Positions 1 to 17,047 of a DNA stretch of 61,712 nt are shown piece by piece; the first letter of the stretch is position 1, and each line of letters begins with the position of its first letter. The notes under the pieces were generated by a model. It searched no databases. It had not been told where the DNA came from and saw only the letters and a program-made list of their open reading frames with translations. The stretch comes from Salpingoeca rosetta (lineage: Eukaryota > Protista > Choanoflagellata), in contig JAWQFM010000016.1 of assembly GCA_033442325.1 (NCBI GenBank), positions 613,642 to 675,353 on the forward strand. Direction: 5' to 3'. A program made the position numbers and the translations under genes.

Positions 1-86
<86 letters not shown>
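1..86. repeat. (AC)n microsatellite immediately upstream of the ARFRP1 start codon
   Basis: Perfect AC dinucleotide run seen directly. Confidence 0.99.
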
Positions 87-88
<2 letters not shown>

Positions 89-93
89 CCATC

Positions 94-1052
94 ATGTTCA
101 CGCTGTTGAGTGGATTGTGGCAGCGATGGCAGCAACGCTACGAGTACTACGCGCTCATCATTGGCCTTGATGCGGCGGGGAAAACGGTGCGTGAGTGTTC
201 TTAGAAAGGAGCGAGTGAAGCGAGTTGGCACAGCACTCCCAGGCTTGCATGCGTGCTTGCATGCTCACGCACGCATGTTCATGTGCACGTTTGCTCAAAC
301 ACACGCACGCCACACTTGCCTGCTAACGGCCTCAGACGTTGTTAGAGAAGATCAAAGAAATCTACATTGCAAAGTACCCACAGGGCGGCAAGAAGGTCAT
401 CCCAACCGTCGGCTTGAATGGTGGGCGCTTCCCCTGCGCTGTATTACATGTACATGTGCGATTGTGTGTGTGCGCGCGGTTGTGTGTGCGTGTGTGTGGG
501 GGGGGGGGGAGGGGTTATGTGAACGTGTTGAACCCCTGCTTTCTCCTCATCTCTCATTTCTGTGCCTCCTCCCTCCTCCGTCGCCCTTTCTCACTCGCTC
601 GCACATGCCATGGTGTTGTGCTTTTACTGCTTCATTGTGACTTGGCCACAGTGGCCAAGATTTTGCTGCACTCCATACGGCTTGTGTTCTGGGACCTTGG
701 TGGTCAGCTGGATCTTCATGAGCTCTGGCACAACGTGAGCGCAGTCGCCGCGGCTTCGTGTGTGTGTGTGTATGTGTGTGTGAATGTGGGACAGCGAGAG
801 CGAGAGAGTGCGTGAGAGATCGCTGCACGTCAACCTGCACACCAAATGCGTCGTCTGCTGATCACTTTTCTTCCACGACTGTACGTGCCAGTATTATCGG
901 GAGGCGCACGGGATCATCTACGTCATTGACTCCACAGACCGGGAGCGATTACAGGAGTCGAAAGACGTGTTTGACCACGTCCTCATGACGCGCGAACTTG
1001 AGGGCGTCCCCATCCTCATTCTCTGCAACAAACAAGAGCACCCGGTGTGTGT

Positions 1053-1106
<54 letters not shown>

Positions 1107-1601
1107 NNNNNNNNNNNNNNNNNNNNNNNNNNNNNNNNNNNNNNNNNNNNNNNNNNNNNNNNNNNNNNNNNNNNNNNNNNNNNNNNNNNNNNNNNNNNNN
1201 NNNNNNNNNNNNNNNNNNNNNNNNNNNNNNNNNNNNNNNNNNNNNNNNNNNNNNNNNNNNNNNNNNNNNNNNNNNNNNNNNNNNNNNNNNNNNNNNNNNN
1301 NNNNNNNNNNNNNNNNNNNNNNNNNNNNNNNNNNNNNNNNNNNNNNNNNNNNNNNNNNNNNNNNNNNNNNNNNNNNNNNNNNNNNNNNNNNNNNNNNNNN
1401 NNNNNNNNNNNNNNNNNNNNNNNNNNNNNNNNNNNNNNNNNNNNNNNNNNNNNNNNNNNNNNNNNNNNNNNNNNNNNNNNNNNNNNNNNNNNNNNNNNNN
1501 NNNNNNNNNNNNNNNNNNNNNNNNNNNNNNNNNNNNNNNNNNNNNNNNNNNNNNNNNNNNNNNNNNNNNNNNNNNNNNNNNNNNNNNCCGTCGTGTGTGT
1601 G

Positions 1602-1655
<54 letters not shown>

Positions 1656-2181
1656 TCGTCGCTGCACACCTTGTGAAGGTGTTTACACGACACACCCGCT
1701 TTCTGCCCTCATCTTGTTGCCTGCCGTCGTGCATGCGCGATGTACTTGCCTGTGATGCCAACTGTTGCAGAACGCAATGACAGTGCAGGACATCAAGCAG
1801 ACACTGAACCAGTCTGCGCACAAGCTTGGTCTTCGCGATTGCAAAGTCCAGGGCGTATCAGCGGTTAGCGGGTGCGTTTCTGTGCGAGTGCGTGTGCGCC
1901 TTGGTCTGCAAGTCGTCGTGCTCATCCCTTCGGTTCTCTACCTGCCACCCGCATTTGTCTCCCGCCTATGATCCCTCCCTCCACATCGCATGCCTCACAA
2001 TCACCACCACCACCACTGAACAACCACCCAACAACCCCCCCCACTCGCTTTGCCCATCTTCCACCACCCTCACTCCCTCGCCGTAACCCCATGCCATTGC
2101 AGGGAGAATGTTCGGGAGAGCGTGGAGTGGCTTGCATCACGCATGCAGCGAAACCCTGCCCGCCCACCAAAGCTTGCGTAA
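94..2181 (+). CDS. ARFRP1: ADP-ribosylation factor-related protein 1 (ARF-family small GTPase), 6 exons
   Basis: Exons about 94-186, 336-420, 652-734, 892-1044, 1771-1871, 2103-2181 join in phase with GT-AG. They give MFTLLSGLW...IIGLDAAGKT (P-loop), PTVGLN, FWDLGGQ, YYREAHGIIYVIDS, LILCNKQE and C-terminal RNPARPPKLA*. The M-F/Y-TLLSGL N-terminus and WDLGGQ are typical of ARFRP1. Confidence 0.93.
1107..1587. other. Assembly gap (N) inside an ARFRP1 intron
   Basis: N run flanked by GT repeats. Confidence 0.99.
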
Positions 2182-2781
2182 AGCAGCGCCACCATCACTC
2201 ATCATTGGTTGTTACAAAAGTGGTTGCGATGGCGGTGGGTGTCTGTGTGTGGTCGCGGTGTTGGCTAAGCGTTTGCTCTTCTGAGACTTCACCTTTTGTC
2301 TCTGCTCGCTCGCCAGTCGCAGCATGCAAGGAACAACACGTGAACACCCTTCTCGGTCCTGCTCGTTCTTGGGATGTTATCATGACGCGCGCCCCCTTGT
2401 ACATACATACATGCACATGCACTTGTCCATATGCCATGTGCTGGCTTGTAAATGACACGTGTTCGTTCGTTTGTTCGTTTGTCTAATTCAGTGAAAGGAA
2501 CTGTAAGCGGCAGCAGCGCCACAAAAAGTGAGTTATCGTGATCACACACACACACAGACGCACGCACCCACGCAGCCACGCACATAGACACAGACACAGA
2601 CACACACATCTCGCACAACAACCAGCCAGAGCATGCAAGAGGTCAGCAAGAGCACAGCAACGAGAAGAGCAGCAGTGAAGGAGTGCTGAACAGTCGCATT
2701 CAAGTAAGCCTGCGGGGCTAGAAACGACAATCGTAGGCACCAACGTGAGAAGGGCGAACAGACACAGACACAGACACAGAC

Positions 2782-2812
<31 letters not shown>

Positions 2813-2820
2813 CACAAACA

Positions 2821-2892
<72 letters not shown>

Positions 2893-2907
2893 AAGGTGGG
2901 TGGGTGC

Positions 2908-4530
2908 TCAGCCTGCGGTGACGGGCACCGCGGAGGGCTTTGTGTCGATTGGGATGTAGGAGAGACCCGTGACCTCGCATTCAAGCTGCATCAGATGCGG
3001 CGTGGTGCCTGGTCGGTGCAGACGGGGAAGACGCGCGGGGAGGGGGAAGGAGGCGGATCGGTGAGGAGCGTGTGATGGCCAATGTACGAGACGAGCAGGA
3101 AAAGGGAGAGGGGGGAGGAGGAATTGCATGTATAAACAGGCAGCCAGGCAGACATACACCGGTAGACTGACAGGTAGACTGACTGACTGGCTGACTGACA
3201 CGCACACGCACACACGTGTACAGACACAGACGCAGACACAGACGCAGACACACACAGACACACGGACACACACAGACACACGGACACACACAGACACACA
3301 CACATCCACACATCCACACACACACACACAGACACACACACACACAGACACACACAGCCGCTCACCGTTCTTGAAGGTGGACGGGACGATGACGGAGAGC
3401 TTGGTGGGCTGGCCGGATGCGTTGGTGGTGGAGAAGGCAGCCATCACCTCAACCTCCGGGCAGAGAATGTACGAGCGGTCATTGTGGCGCGGCACGGCGT
3501 CGTGCACAAGACCGCGATAGTCGTCATCAATGCGCAGGACGGGGTGGCGGCCGTCGGAGACAGACACGAGTTCCGTCATCGTGGCACCAGTTGGCGATGG
3601 CAGGCGCTCGCTCACACGCTGCTGCTGCTGCTGCTGCTGTTGGCGATGGCCATCGCCTCCGTTGATGTTGTTGTTGCTGCTGCCATGGGCATTGGCGTTG
3701 GCGTTGTTGTGCATGTCACGGAGCATCATGGCGTAGACTTGCTTCTCCTGCTGGCGGAGGGCGTCGTGGACACGCGGCAGCGGCCGTCCGCCCGCGAGGC
3801 GCCGGGGAGCAACGCGCTGCATGGGATGGCCAAGCTCATACACCACCTCCCTCGATGATGATGTCGACGACGATGGTGATGATGATCGTGATGACGTGTG
3901 GTCGGGCGCATCGGTGACGGTGCCGTCTTCATCAAGAACAACGGGGATGGCCGACACCACGAGGTCCGTGCTCAGAACACCATCGCCATCGCCATCCCTG
4001 GCTGTGTCGCGAAGCCGCCTGCTTGGGTTCACGCTCTGCAGCGTGCGGCCAACAAATGTACCGTGGCGGGCGAGCGAGGACGATGATGATGCTTCTGCTG
4101 GTGATAGGGATCCTGCGTCCGTGTCTTTGGTCCACGTGCTCCATGCAGACAGGCGACTGCTTGCATCATGTCTGCTGTCAATCACGACGTCGCCATGACC
4201 GTTTGTGAACCTTCCAGTGGAACCCACGCCGCCGTGCACAGCAACACCACGCTGCATCGCAGCAACATTGGCGGTGGTGGCGGTGGTGGTGACAGCCTGG
4301 GGCAGGACGGTGGCGAGTGGCCCGGAGCACGTCGCAAAGATGGCGAAGCAGAAGAGAATGCCCATGACCGCGACACGACGCGTGGTGACATGCTGGCGGA
4401 GTGAGGGGACGGCATCCAGCAGGGCAGGTGTCTTCTGCACAGCGTCCTCCAGCTGTGCCAGCGTGCTCTCCAACTCCTTGTTGCGCGCCTCAAGCTCTTG
4501 CACCTGTGGGTTTGAGACAGGGTGTGTGTG

Positions 4531-4578
<48 letters not shown>

Positions 4579-4678
4579 NNNNNNNNNNNNNNNNNNNNNN
4601 NNNNNNNNNNNNNNNNNNNNNNNNNNNNNNNNNNNNNNNNNNNNNNNNNNNNNNNNNNNNNNNNNNNNNNNNNNNNNN

Positions 4679-4774
<96 letters not shown>

Positions 4775-5584
4775 CGCTCACTCCCTCATGCTGAAATTCG
4801 CACGTGCAATGCCAGGTTACATATCTATTCAAACTCACGCGTGCGGAGAGGGTGGAGTTCCGGTCCTTTTCTGCCTGCAAATCGTGTTCCAGGCGTTCCA
4901 TGAGTTCCTTCTTTCGGCGCCGACTGGCACTGGCTGACTCGCGGTTGCGCTGCATTCGGCGCTCCCGCTTCCGCTGCAGATCCGCAAGCTCTTCAGGCGT
5001 CATCTCCGCAGGCGTTTTCCTGTGCACACACGCACACACACATACACAGAGTTGTGAGCACAAAAGCATGGGCATGGCGTGTGTGTGTGTGAATGCGTTT
5101 CAATTGAAAAGGGGCGGCTGCACGTTCGTGGAATCATTTGGAAACGTGCTAACGAGCAAACAAACCTTGCTCGCCGTTTTCTTCTCTTTGCAGGTTGTTG
5201 CTCTTGTTGTTCTTGTTGTTGCTTCAATGGCTGCTGCTGTGGGTGCGTTTTCAAGTGAGTCTGTTGTTGTTGCTGCTGCTGTTGTGCATGGGCGTGGGGT
5301 GTTGCCTGCGATGCCGTGAACGGCGCGGGAGCAGCAGCCATCGGATGCGACTGCGGGTGTTGCTGCTGGTGCTGACATGAGAGCTGATGTGGCGGTTGCT
5401 GCTCGTGTTGGTGATGGTGGTGGTGGTATTGGTGGTGGTGTTGCTGTTGCTCTGGCGACGGCGGCTGCGACTGCGCACGGCAAATACAGAGCGATGAGAA
5501 CAATGACTTCAAGGAAAACGAGGCAGTGCACGAACAAAGGTGCCAACAAGTTCATGATGAACAGCACAAGCACACAAGCCCAAG

Positions 5585-5618
<34 letters not shown>

Positions 5619-6801
5619 CAAACACACACAAACACACCCACAAACACACCCACACACGCACACAAACACACACACACACACACACCCATACACACCCATA
5701 CACACACACACAAACACATCGCCATGCACAAGCCCAAACACAACCCCAAGTTCTCAAGCACATGCATGTGCATGGATGCGCACCTGCTGTGCTGTGCTGT
5801 GGCTGACGTCGCTGTGTGGGCTGCGGCCTTCCTGCTTGATGGGCGATGGCGCGCTCATGTTGGACTCTGAACACGACGACGGGGATGCCGCATGGTGGTG
5901 ATGGTGATGATGGTGGAGGTGGTGTGGCTGTTGCTGTTGCTGCTGTTGCTGTTGTTGTTGTGAGTGGTGTTGGAGGTGATGATGGTGTTGCGGCGCTGCA
6001 GTCTCAGACAGCGGCAACGGCAACAGCTGTATGATCAAGCGAAACACAGGTGGGGGACATGGAGGGAGGGGGCAGTGAGACGTACGCGCAGACGTACGAA
6101 AAGAGCAGAGCAGGGTTGTGTCACGTTGAGGACGTGATGCGGATGGAGTTGACACACAGGTTGGAGCATCGTATGTGCATGCCCACGTGCGTACGTGTTC
6201 AGAGGCGGGGTGGTCGTCAAAGGGTGTCAGGCTCGGCTCCATGTCAGGAAGGGGCAAGTCCTAATTCACCAACACCAAGAAACAACAGCAGCAACAGTTT
6301 GCACGTGAACGTATGTCGGTTAGCGATGCCGGGATGCCAGCCTGCGGGTGCGGACAATTCAACACACACACACACACGCACACATACACAAAACCACCGA
6401 CACACACACGCACACACACACGCGCACACACACACACGCACACACACACACGCACACACACACACGCACGCACGCACCAGAAGACTTGGGTCATCCGCAA
6501 ACGTGTCATGAGCAAATGTGTCCGCGCCGCTGGGAAACAGTGAGTCTGTGAATTCATGATTGGCGTCGTCGGCGTCCGGCGGCAGGGAGAACAGCGGCTG
6601 TTGCTCTTGTGAGTCTTGCCCTTGGTGCTGCTGCTGCTGCTGCTGCTGCTGTGATTGCTGCTGTTGCTGTTGGTTGTGCTCGTCAAATGCAAAGGAGGTG
6701 GAAGCCGGAAGAGCGTCCGCGGTGTCAGAGACGACCGGGTGCGGCAAGTCCAGCGGGAAGTCCTCTGCCGCAAGGCTGAAGGCGTCCATTGTCGTGTCCA
6801 T
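2908..6801 (-). CDS. ATF6: ATF6-like ER membrane-tethered bZIP transcription factor, about 7 exons
   Basis: Acidic/Q/H-rich N-terminus (MDTTMDAFSL...), bZIP KRERRMQRNRESASASRRRKKELMERLE...LSARVQELEARNKELE, TM helix VAVMGILFCFAIFATCSGP, and a candidate S1P site RTLQ. Luminal blocks DAVPRHNDRSYIL...PTKLSVIVP and HLMQLECEV resemble ATF6 EAIRRRGDTFYV...PKMSIVLP and MMQIDCQV. Confidence 0.88.
4579..4678. other. Assembly gap (N) in an ATF6 intron
   Basis: 100-nt N run within a GT microsatellite. Confidence 0.99.
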
Positions 6802-7147
6802 GGCTGTGACAAACACGGCCTGCGACACACACTCTCTGTGCTGCTTTGAAAGAAGCTCGCACGCGCTCACACGCTCACGCTCACTCACGTACGCACACTC
6901 ACTCACGTACACACGCTCACGTACACGCTGGCGGGGTCTGCAATGGTGGATGCGAGAGGAGGAATGGATGTATGTGGTGTTTGTCTTCGTCGTCTTCTTT
7001 GTTGTGCGTGGTTGCTGCTGGCTTGCTTCCGTGTTCCAGCGTTTTCGCGGAAATATGGCGAAAGGTATTCGTGAATAATCGGCAGAGGACAACGCAAAAA
7101 GCAAACGAAGGAGGAAAGGAAAGGACCGTCGTCGGGAAAGCAGGAGG
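6802..7147. promoter_or_regulatory. Short bidirectional promoter/5'UTR region shared by ATF6-like and PON-like genes
   Basis: Divergent start codons at 6801 (-) and 7148 (+), 346 nt apart. Three CTCACGTAC copies at 6884, 6902 and 6916. Confidence 0.6.
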
Positions 7148-10413
<3,266 letters not shown>

Positions 10414-10647
10414 CCTGCTCGTGAACTGCATGTATGTGTGTGCGTGTTGTGTGTTCTTCCCTTTCTCCCGCCCCCCGTACTTGTTACATGCTGTATGTGG
10501 CTGTGACAGCGTGTGACGCAGCAGAGTGGATGAACAAGGAGATGTGAGTGAAGATGTCAGTGAAGATGTGATTGGAGATGTGAATGAAGATGTGATTCAA
10601 ACGGCTTCACACCACATTATTCAAGGTTTTCTCCACGCACACACACA

Positions 10648-10733
<86 letters not shown>

Positions 10734-10748
10734 GCGCACACAACGAGA

Positions 10749-10784
10749 ACTGAATTCAGTGGTGACATATGTACTGAATTCAGT
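10749..10784. promoter_or_regulatory. Tandem perfect palindromes ACTGAATTCAGT x2 (12-nt spacer) upstream of the ankyrin-RING gene
   Basis: ACTGAATTCAGT at 10749-10760 and 10773-10784, about 150 nt before ATG 10930. A regulatory role is inferred only. Confidence 0.35.
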
Positions 10785-10929
10785 TGTGCTATTTTTGTTT
10801 GTGTTTGTGTTTTGTGGGCAGGACCACCATCCACGAGCTGTTTTGTTGTAACCAACCACCCAGTGGTGGTGTCCACCATTTACATCTCGTCTGCGCTGCT
10901 CTGGCATCGTCGAGCAAGCCGCGTTCAGG

Positions 10930-11023
10930 ATGGCCACGAGAGTGAGCACAAGCAAGCGCCCGTCTTCCGCCACTCGCAGGAGGCCGGGCACCGCTTCTTC
11001 CACCAATGCTACCCCTCTCCACC

Positions 11024-11098
<75 letters not shown>

Positions 11099-12412
11099 AC
11101 CTCTCCTTTTCATTGATGCTTCGCCCATCACCCAGTTTGCATTGCATGCCATCTGTGCTGTCATCTGTGCTGTCATCTGTGCTGCCGTGTATTTTGATCT
11201 GGGCCACTCACCCCAGCCCTCCGTTTGAACAAACACAACCAAACAATGTTACTAGGGACGCAAGAGCTGCTTGTGGATGCGATCAAGGCCGGAAATGTGG
11301 ACAAGGTGAGTGAGCATGGCCGGCTGGCGGGCGTGTTTCGTACACATCACGTATCAACCCAAGCACATTGCTTCTTGCACTACCATCATCCATCCACTGG
11401 CTCATACCTACACACGCCCGCTCACTCACATGCGTCCGTGCGTGAATCCATCATCTCATCACTCTGTCCACCCCCCCCCCCCACACACACACACACACAC
11501 TCACACTCACACTCACACACGCACACCAAGGTGAAGACGGTGCTGACGCCGGCGAGGGCACACGCGCTGAACAATCACGTGAAGAACGGGCACACGCTGC
11601 TGACGCTGGCCATCGACAGGAACCAGGCAGCGGTGGTGGAGGCCCTCATCCAACTGGGCAAGAGCCAGCAGTACCCAGACCTCGACCTGAACCAGGCATG
11701 CAGGATTGTACGCAAAACGCCGCTGCAGTATGCCCTGGCGCGTGCCGCCAAGACGCAGACGTACGCCGTGGTGGAGCAACTACTTGCCTGTGGCGCAACC
11801 CCAATCTTCCTGGCAACCGTCACGGGCAAGGCAACAAGCAACGCGCTGCTGGAGGCCATCAAGCTGCGGAATCCTCAGCTCGTGGCCATGGCATGCCAGC
11901 ATGATCCGTCCTTGCTTCGCTCCACGTCCGCGCAGGGCTGGCTGCCATTGCAGGCTGCGGTGTTTGAAGGGCGCGTGGACGTGATCGAGAGTCTCTTGCG
12001 CCACGGCGCAGACCCCCGCGATGCCGGTCTCAACGGCATCACCTGCTTCCAGTTTGCCCTCGGTCGGTCAGTGTGTGTGTGTGTGTGTTTGCATGTATGT
12101 ATGTGTGTGTTTGCATGTATGTGTGTGTGTATGTGTGTGTGTGTGTTTGCATGTATGTGTGTGTATGTGTGTGTTTGCATGTATGTGTGTGTATGTGTGT
12201 GTGCATGTGTGTACACCTGTGTGTATACCTGGGTGTGTGTGCACCTACCAGTCTTCAATTGCCTTCTGTACGTCACATCACACAGAACCGCACACACGTT
12301 CACAACGAAGCATCTCACGTGTCATTGTCCTTCCATCCCAACCCACTTGAACCCGCTTCAGCTCACGGTATTCCACTGCAACATCCCGCCCCCTCTCTTC
12401 TCCCCAACACAC

Positions 12413-12443
<31 letters not shown>

Positions 12444-15400
12444 ATTTCCTCTTCTGCTACAGGGAAGCGGCGGGGAAAGACGTCCAAGACGACAACACCC
12501 TCCACGTCTCGCCCGGACTCTCGGCTCGACACCACGTCACAACCAACAGCGCCCTCAACCAGAGCCACCACGGCCACGGCAACAGCTGTGTCATCACCAT
12601 CAGACAGGCGCGTGGTGACGCGTGTTGAGACGCGGTCCGTCATACGTCACCCTCGCCGCCCACGAGGGGGCCGGACAACGCGCCCGAGCACAGGTATAGC
12701 ACAGCATTGCTCGCTCTCACGATCGTCCACCTGGTTGCCAACTTCATCTGCATGCGTCCCGTCTCACACGCGTGCGTGAATTGCCGCTCATCGCCGTGGA
12801 ATGACATCACATCACCATGCTCATACCTCCCCCCTCCTGCACTCCGCGTTCACGCCCTTTTCCTTGCCGGACTCAGACGCACGTGCATCTGCTTCATCAG
12901 CCTCACGCTCGACGGCTGATCCACGCCGAGGACAAACCGTGGACGCACTGGCAGTGACAGCACACCAGTCCACACCTCAAGATGTTGCGACGCAGCAATC
13001 GTCGTCATCCTCATCATCGTCATCGACCTTGTGCCAGAAGCGCACACGCACAACCGGCCGTGGCACCAGGTCCGCCACTGGTGCCTCCCACTCATCCACA
13101 GCACGGCGTGTTCGCACAGCTGCCACGTCCTCCACCCCTGCAGGAACAGCAGGAGCAGCAGGAGCGGGGACACGTGGTGGCGGTGGCGGTGGTGGGCGCT
13201 CGGGTGGCGGGAATCGGTTCCGTGCGTCCGACGCTGTGCTGCGCGTGTTGGCTGCTCATGTCATTGGCGACTTTATCGCCTTCCATCGGACGCGCAAACG
13301 CTTCCTCGACCAAAGGTGTGTGTATGTGTGTGTGTCTTTGTGTGTGTGTGTGTGTGTGTCTGCGTTTGTGTGTATGTGTGTGTGTGTCTTTGTGTCTGTG
13401 TGTGTGGGTGTGTGTGTCTCTCTCTCTGTCTCTTTCTCTCTCTGTCTCTCTCTCTGTCTCTGTCTCTGTCTCTGTCTCTCTCTCTGTCTCTGTCTCTCTC
13501 TGTCTCTCTCTGTCTCTGTCTCTCTCTCTCCTTCTCTCTCCTTCTCTCTCCTTCCCTCTGCCTCTATGTCTCTCCCTCGCCACACACACACACTCTCTCT
13601 CCTACCCATGGCAAGCTTCTCACCCATCATCGTGACCCTTCGCTTCATATCCATGACAGGGCTGCTGTCCTGCTGATACAGCGAAACCTCCGCCGCGTGC
13701 ATGCGTACAGGAAAGCCGTTCAGGTCGTGACACACGTGCGACAGTGCAAGGTCATCACAACCCGCATCCACCAGGACATTTTGGGACGTGCCCGCTCACA
13801 GGTGCTTGCATCTTCTTCCCACAGCAGCAGTAGTGGCAGTGGTGGTGGCCATCTTGATGACAAGGACGGCATGGCCTCTGCACTGCTGTGCCGCGTGGTG
13901 ATGCAAGCGTGCCGCTTTCCCGGCGGTGACCGTGGCGCTGACACTGCCGGCGTTGCCGTACCCATCATGGACCAGGAACAATTGAGGCAGGTCATGCTCA
14001 TCCCGCTCTGGCGTGTGGAACAGCAGGTGCTCAGTGGCCGCCAGCAAAGCAGTTCCAACACCACCACCACCACCACCACCACCACCACCACAACAACAAC
14101 AACAACACCAACGACGACGGAGATGCAACCCGATGACGGCAACGCGCAGTCGACGGTCACAGACAAACCATCTTCCCCTCCCTCTTCCCCCTCGTCACCA
14201 TCGCCACCGCCGCTGACTGTTGAGGGAGCGCTGCGTGCGCGTGTACTGGCGCTGCGGGGACAGAACAAGACACACATTTCCTTGATGGAGGTGTTGGCGT
14301 TGGCCCTGCCACACGCTGCTCTGCGCTTCTGCGCTGTTCTCAATGCATGCATGCGCAGAAAGACAAGCGAGGAAACAGACGCCTTTGGCTACACGCCAGC
14401 AGATTTCAGCATTGCCGTTGCTGCTCAAGCAGTCGATGCAGTCGATGCAGTCGATGCTGATGATTGTCGTGGCGCCAACAGTGACGATAACAGTGGTGAC
14501 AGCAAGGATGGGATGTATAGACGCTCCGGTGGCGAAGCGAAGGGGGCGCAACAACAGCGCACAGATGACGCAACGTCTGCTGCATCTGCCGCTACAGTAA
14601 CGACAACAGCAGCAGTTAATCGCAAGAGCGAGGCTGACGAGCATGCGTGGAGAACCGCCATTCTCAGCATTCTGTGGGCATGCCGCGCCCAAGTTGACAC
14701 GACATGTGCATTCCCTTCCTGGGTCCTGAGGGCAACGGCGAAGCAGCTCATGCGCGAACGTCAACAACAACAGCAGGCCGCCACGCCACTGTCCACAACA
14801 GCGTCCGCAACAACACCCACAGCAGCCGAACCACCGCTAGCAGCAACAACAGTACCAGCAGCAACAGCAGCAACAGCGGTGCAGCAATTGCCGCTGGGCC
14901 GGCGCATGGTACACGTGTGGGCAGATTTGGTGACGTCAGCAGTGGACATTGGATCCACGCACCGGTTGGTGGGCAAACGCATTGTGGTCTATGCATGGGA
15001 CACGACAGCTGAGGACAGCGTGCAGGCTCACATGCGCTCGCTGCATGTGGACGATGCGCTGCTACTGGTGGATGCCGTCATGGCCCGTGCGTTGAGCACG
15101 GACAACAGCACGGCGAGGAAGGATCTGTTGTGGTTCGCGGCGCTGATCATGTGCGATGGCGTTCTCGCCGCTCGCAGGATCCAACCACACGTGGACATGG
15201 CAGCAGGACCAACTGCAACACCGTCAACGTCAGGGCCACGCGCTGCTGTCATGAGCGAGGGCGCGGTGGCGCGGGTGCTCGCGACCTTGAAGACGATGCT
15301 TGACGCCATTGGCCCCATCATGGTCGGTCATCGACTGGAGGAGAGCGTGATGCAGCTTGTCATCAAAGCACTGCGCTCCCCGCACGCAACCACGCTCGTT

Positions 15401-17012
15401 AGCGCATTTCCAGATGGTTCGTATGTGTATGTGTGTGTATATGTGTGTATGTGTGCGTTTGTATGTGCGCGTGTGCGTGTGTGAGCGAATGAGATGTTCG
15501 TGAAGAACTTGGTGCTTGTCGCATGTTGCTACTTTGCTGATGCATTGATGCATGTATGCTCTCCTGTGAACATGCACATACACACACTTGCACACACGCT
15601 CACACATGCACACACGCTCACACATGCACACCACCGTTACACATGCACATCGATTGACTTTATTCCCTTTGTTGTGCGCTGCAGATGCGTTGACGCGTAT
15701 GGTAAATGGGCTCAATGTGCTGAACCGCCTCGTTCGCGACACGCAACCAACTGCCATTCGTGCGTATTACAGCTCCATCAAAACCCGCCTTCACCAGGCC
15801 GTCGACCACAACGACTTTGCGGTGCGTGCCTGCAAGCAACTCGTAGGAGTACATGCGCGTGCGTATACACTTAATGTGCGTGCGTGTACCTGCGCGTGAA
15901 GCTTCTCCCAGGTATTTAGTATTGTGGGCAAACAAACATCTCATTCACAATCTTTCCGCTACACACTCTCTCATGCATTCACACACACATGCACACACAT
16001 ACACATATGCGCAGCGGGTGAGTGCGCTGGCGGAGAAGAACAAGATCCAGGTGACGGAGCTTGCTGCCGGATTCATGACGCTGAACAGGGGGAGGAGAGC
16101 CCCTCAGGACATGTACGAGTGCGTGAAGATTTTGCTGGAACACAACGCCACCATCTCCTTCGACGTCGTGGTGGCTGTGATGCAGCTGTCCCTCGACGTT
16201 CACGGCGCGTTTAATCGCGACTGTCCGCTTCTCCACAAGGCGCTGGAGCAGCAGGCCAAGTACGACGGCAAGGGCGGGTCTGCCGACTCGCTCTCCATCG
16301 CTGTTTGGATTCTAAACGCGTTTGTTGAGCACGAGATTGCGAAACGCCCCAGCAGCAGCGCAAACGGACACGGCAATAACAGCGATCATGATGGAGACAT
16401 TGCAAGCGGCACAGATGTGCGAATGCCTGGAAATGAGAAGAATCAGACGCAAGAAGGCGAGACAGCATCTGCCACGCGCGGTCAGCACATCAATGACAAC
16501 AATGATGATCGTGATGATCCTGATGACGACGATGACGAGCAAGTGTTGGTTGTGAACTTGGATGACTTACTGTTGCAGCACAACCTTCGCGAGCAGCAGC
16601 AGCAGCAGCAGCAGCAGCCCAAGGAGCACTCAGCGAGGCAGGCCAGTGTTGCATCCACAACCCACAACAGCAGCAACACCAGCCCATCCAGCCAAAACGA
16701 TGCCAGCGACAGTGCTGGCAGTAGTGGTGACGGGATGGCGCTGAAAAGACGTGTGTTCCAGCGCCTGGTCGACACGTGTGACGATCCGCTGTTTACCAAA
16801 GCATACGGGCGCGTGTGCACGCACATATTTTCGTGCGTGGCCTGGCAGGTGGACGAGGCGTCCAGGTCGACGCATTTTGAGGGGCGTTACCCGATTTTGC
16901 GGTCGGGAAGTCTTAGGCTTGACACGCGCACGTGCGAGTGCCTCTTCACGGTCCTTGACCTTTGTGATCTCAACGACCTGGCTCTCCAAGTTGCGCTTCA
17001 GGCACTCCCAGC

Positions 17013-17047
<35 letters not shown>

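Noticed and set aside
10541-10600. 12-bp tandem repeat (GATGTGAGTGAA-like) as a CRISPR or regulatory array
   Set aside because: Degenerate spacerless minisatellite in a eukaryotic intergenic/3' region.
12463-12628. Ankyrin protein ending at TGA 12628 as a separate short gene
   Set aside because: A phase-1 donor at 12063 puts this exon in an open frame that continues to the IQ and RING exons.
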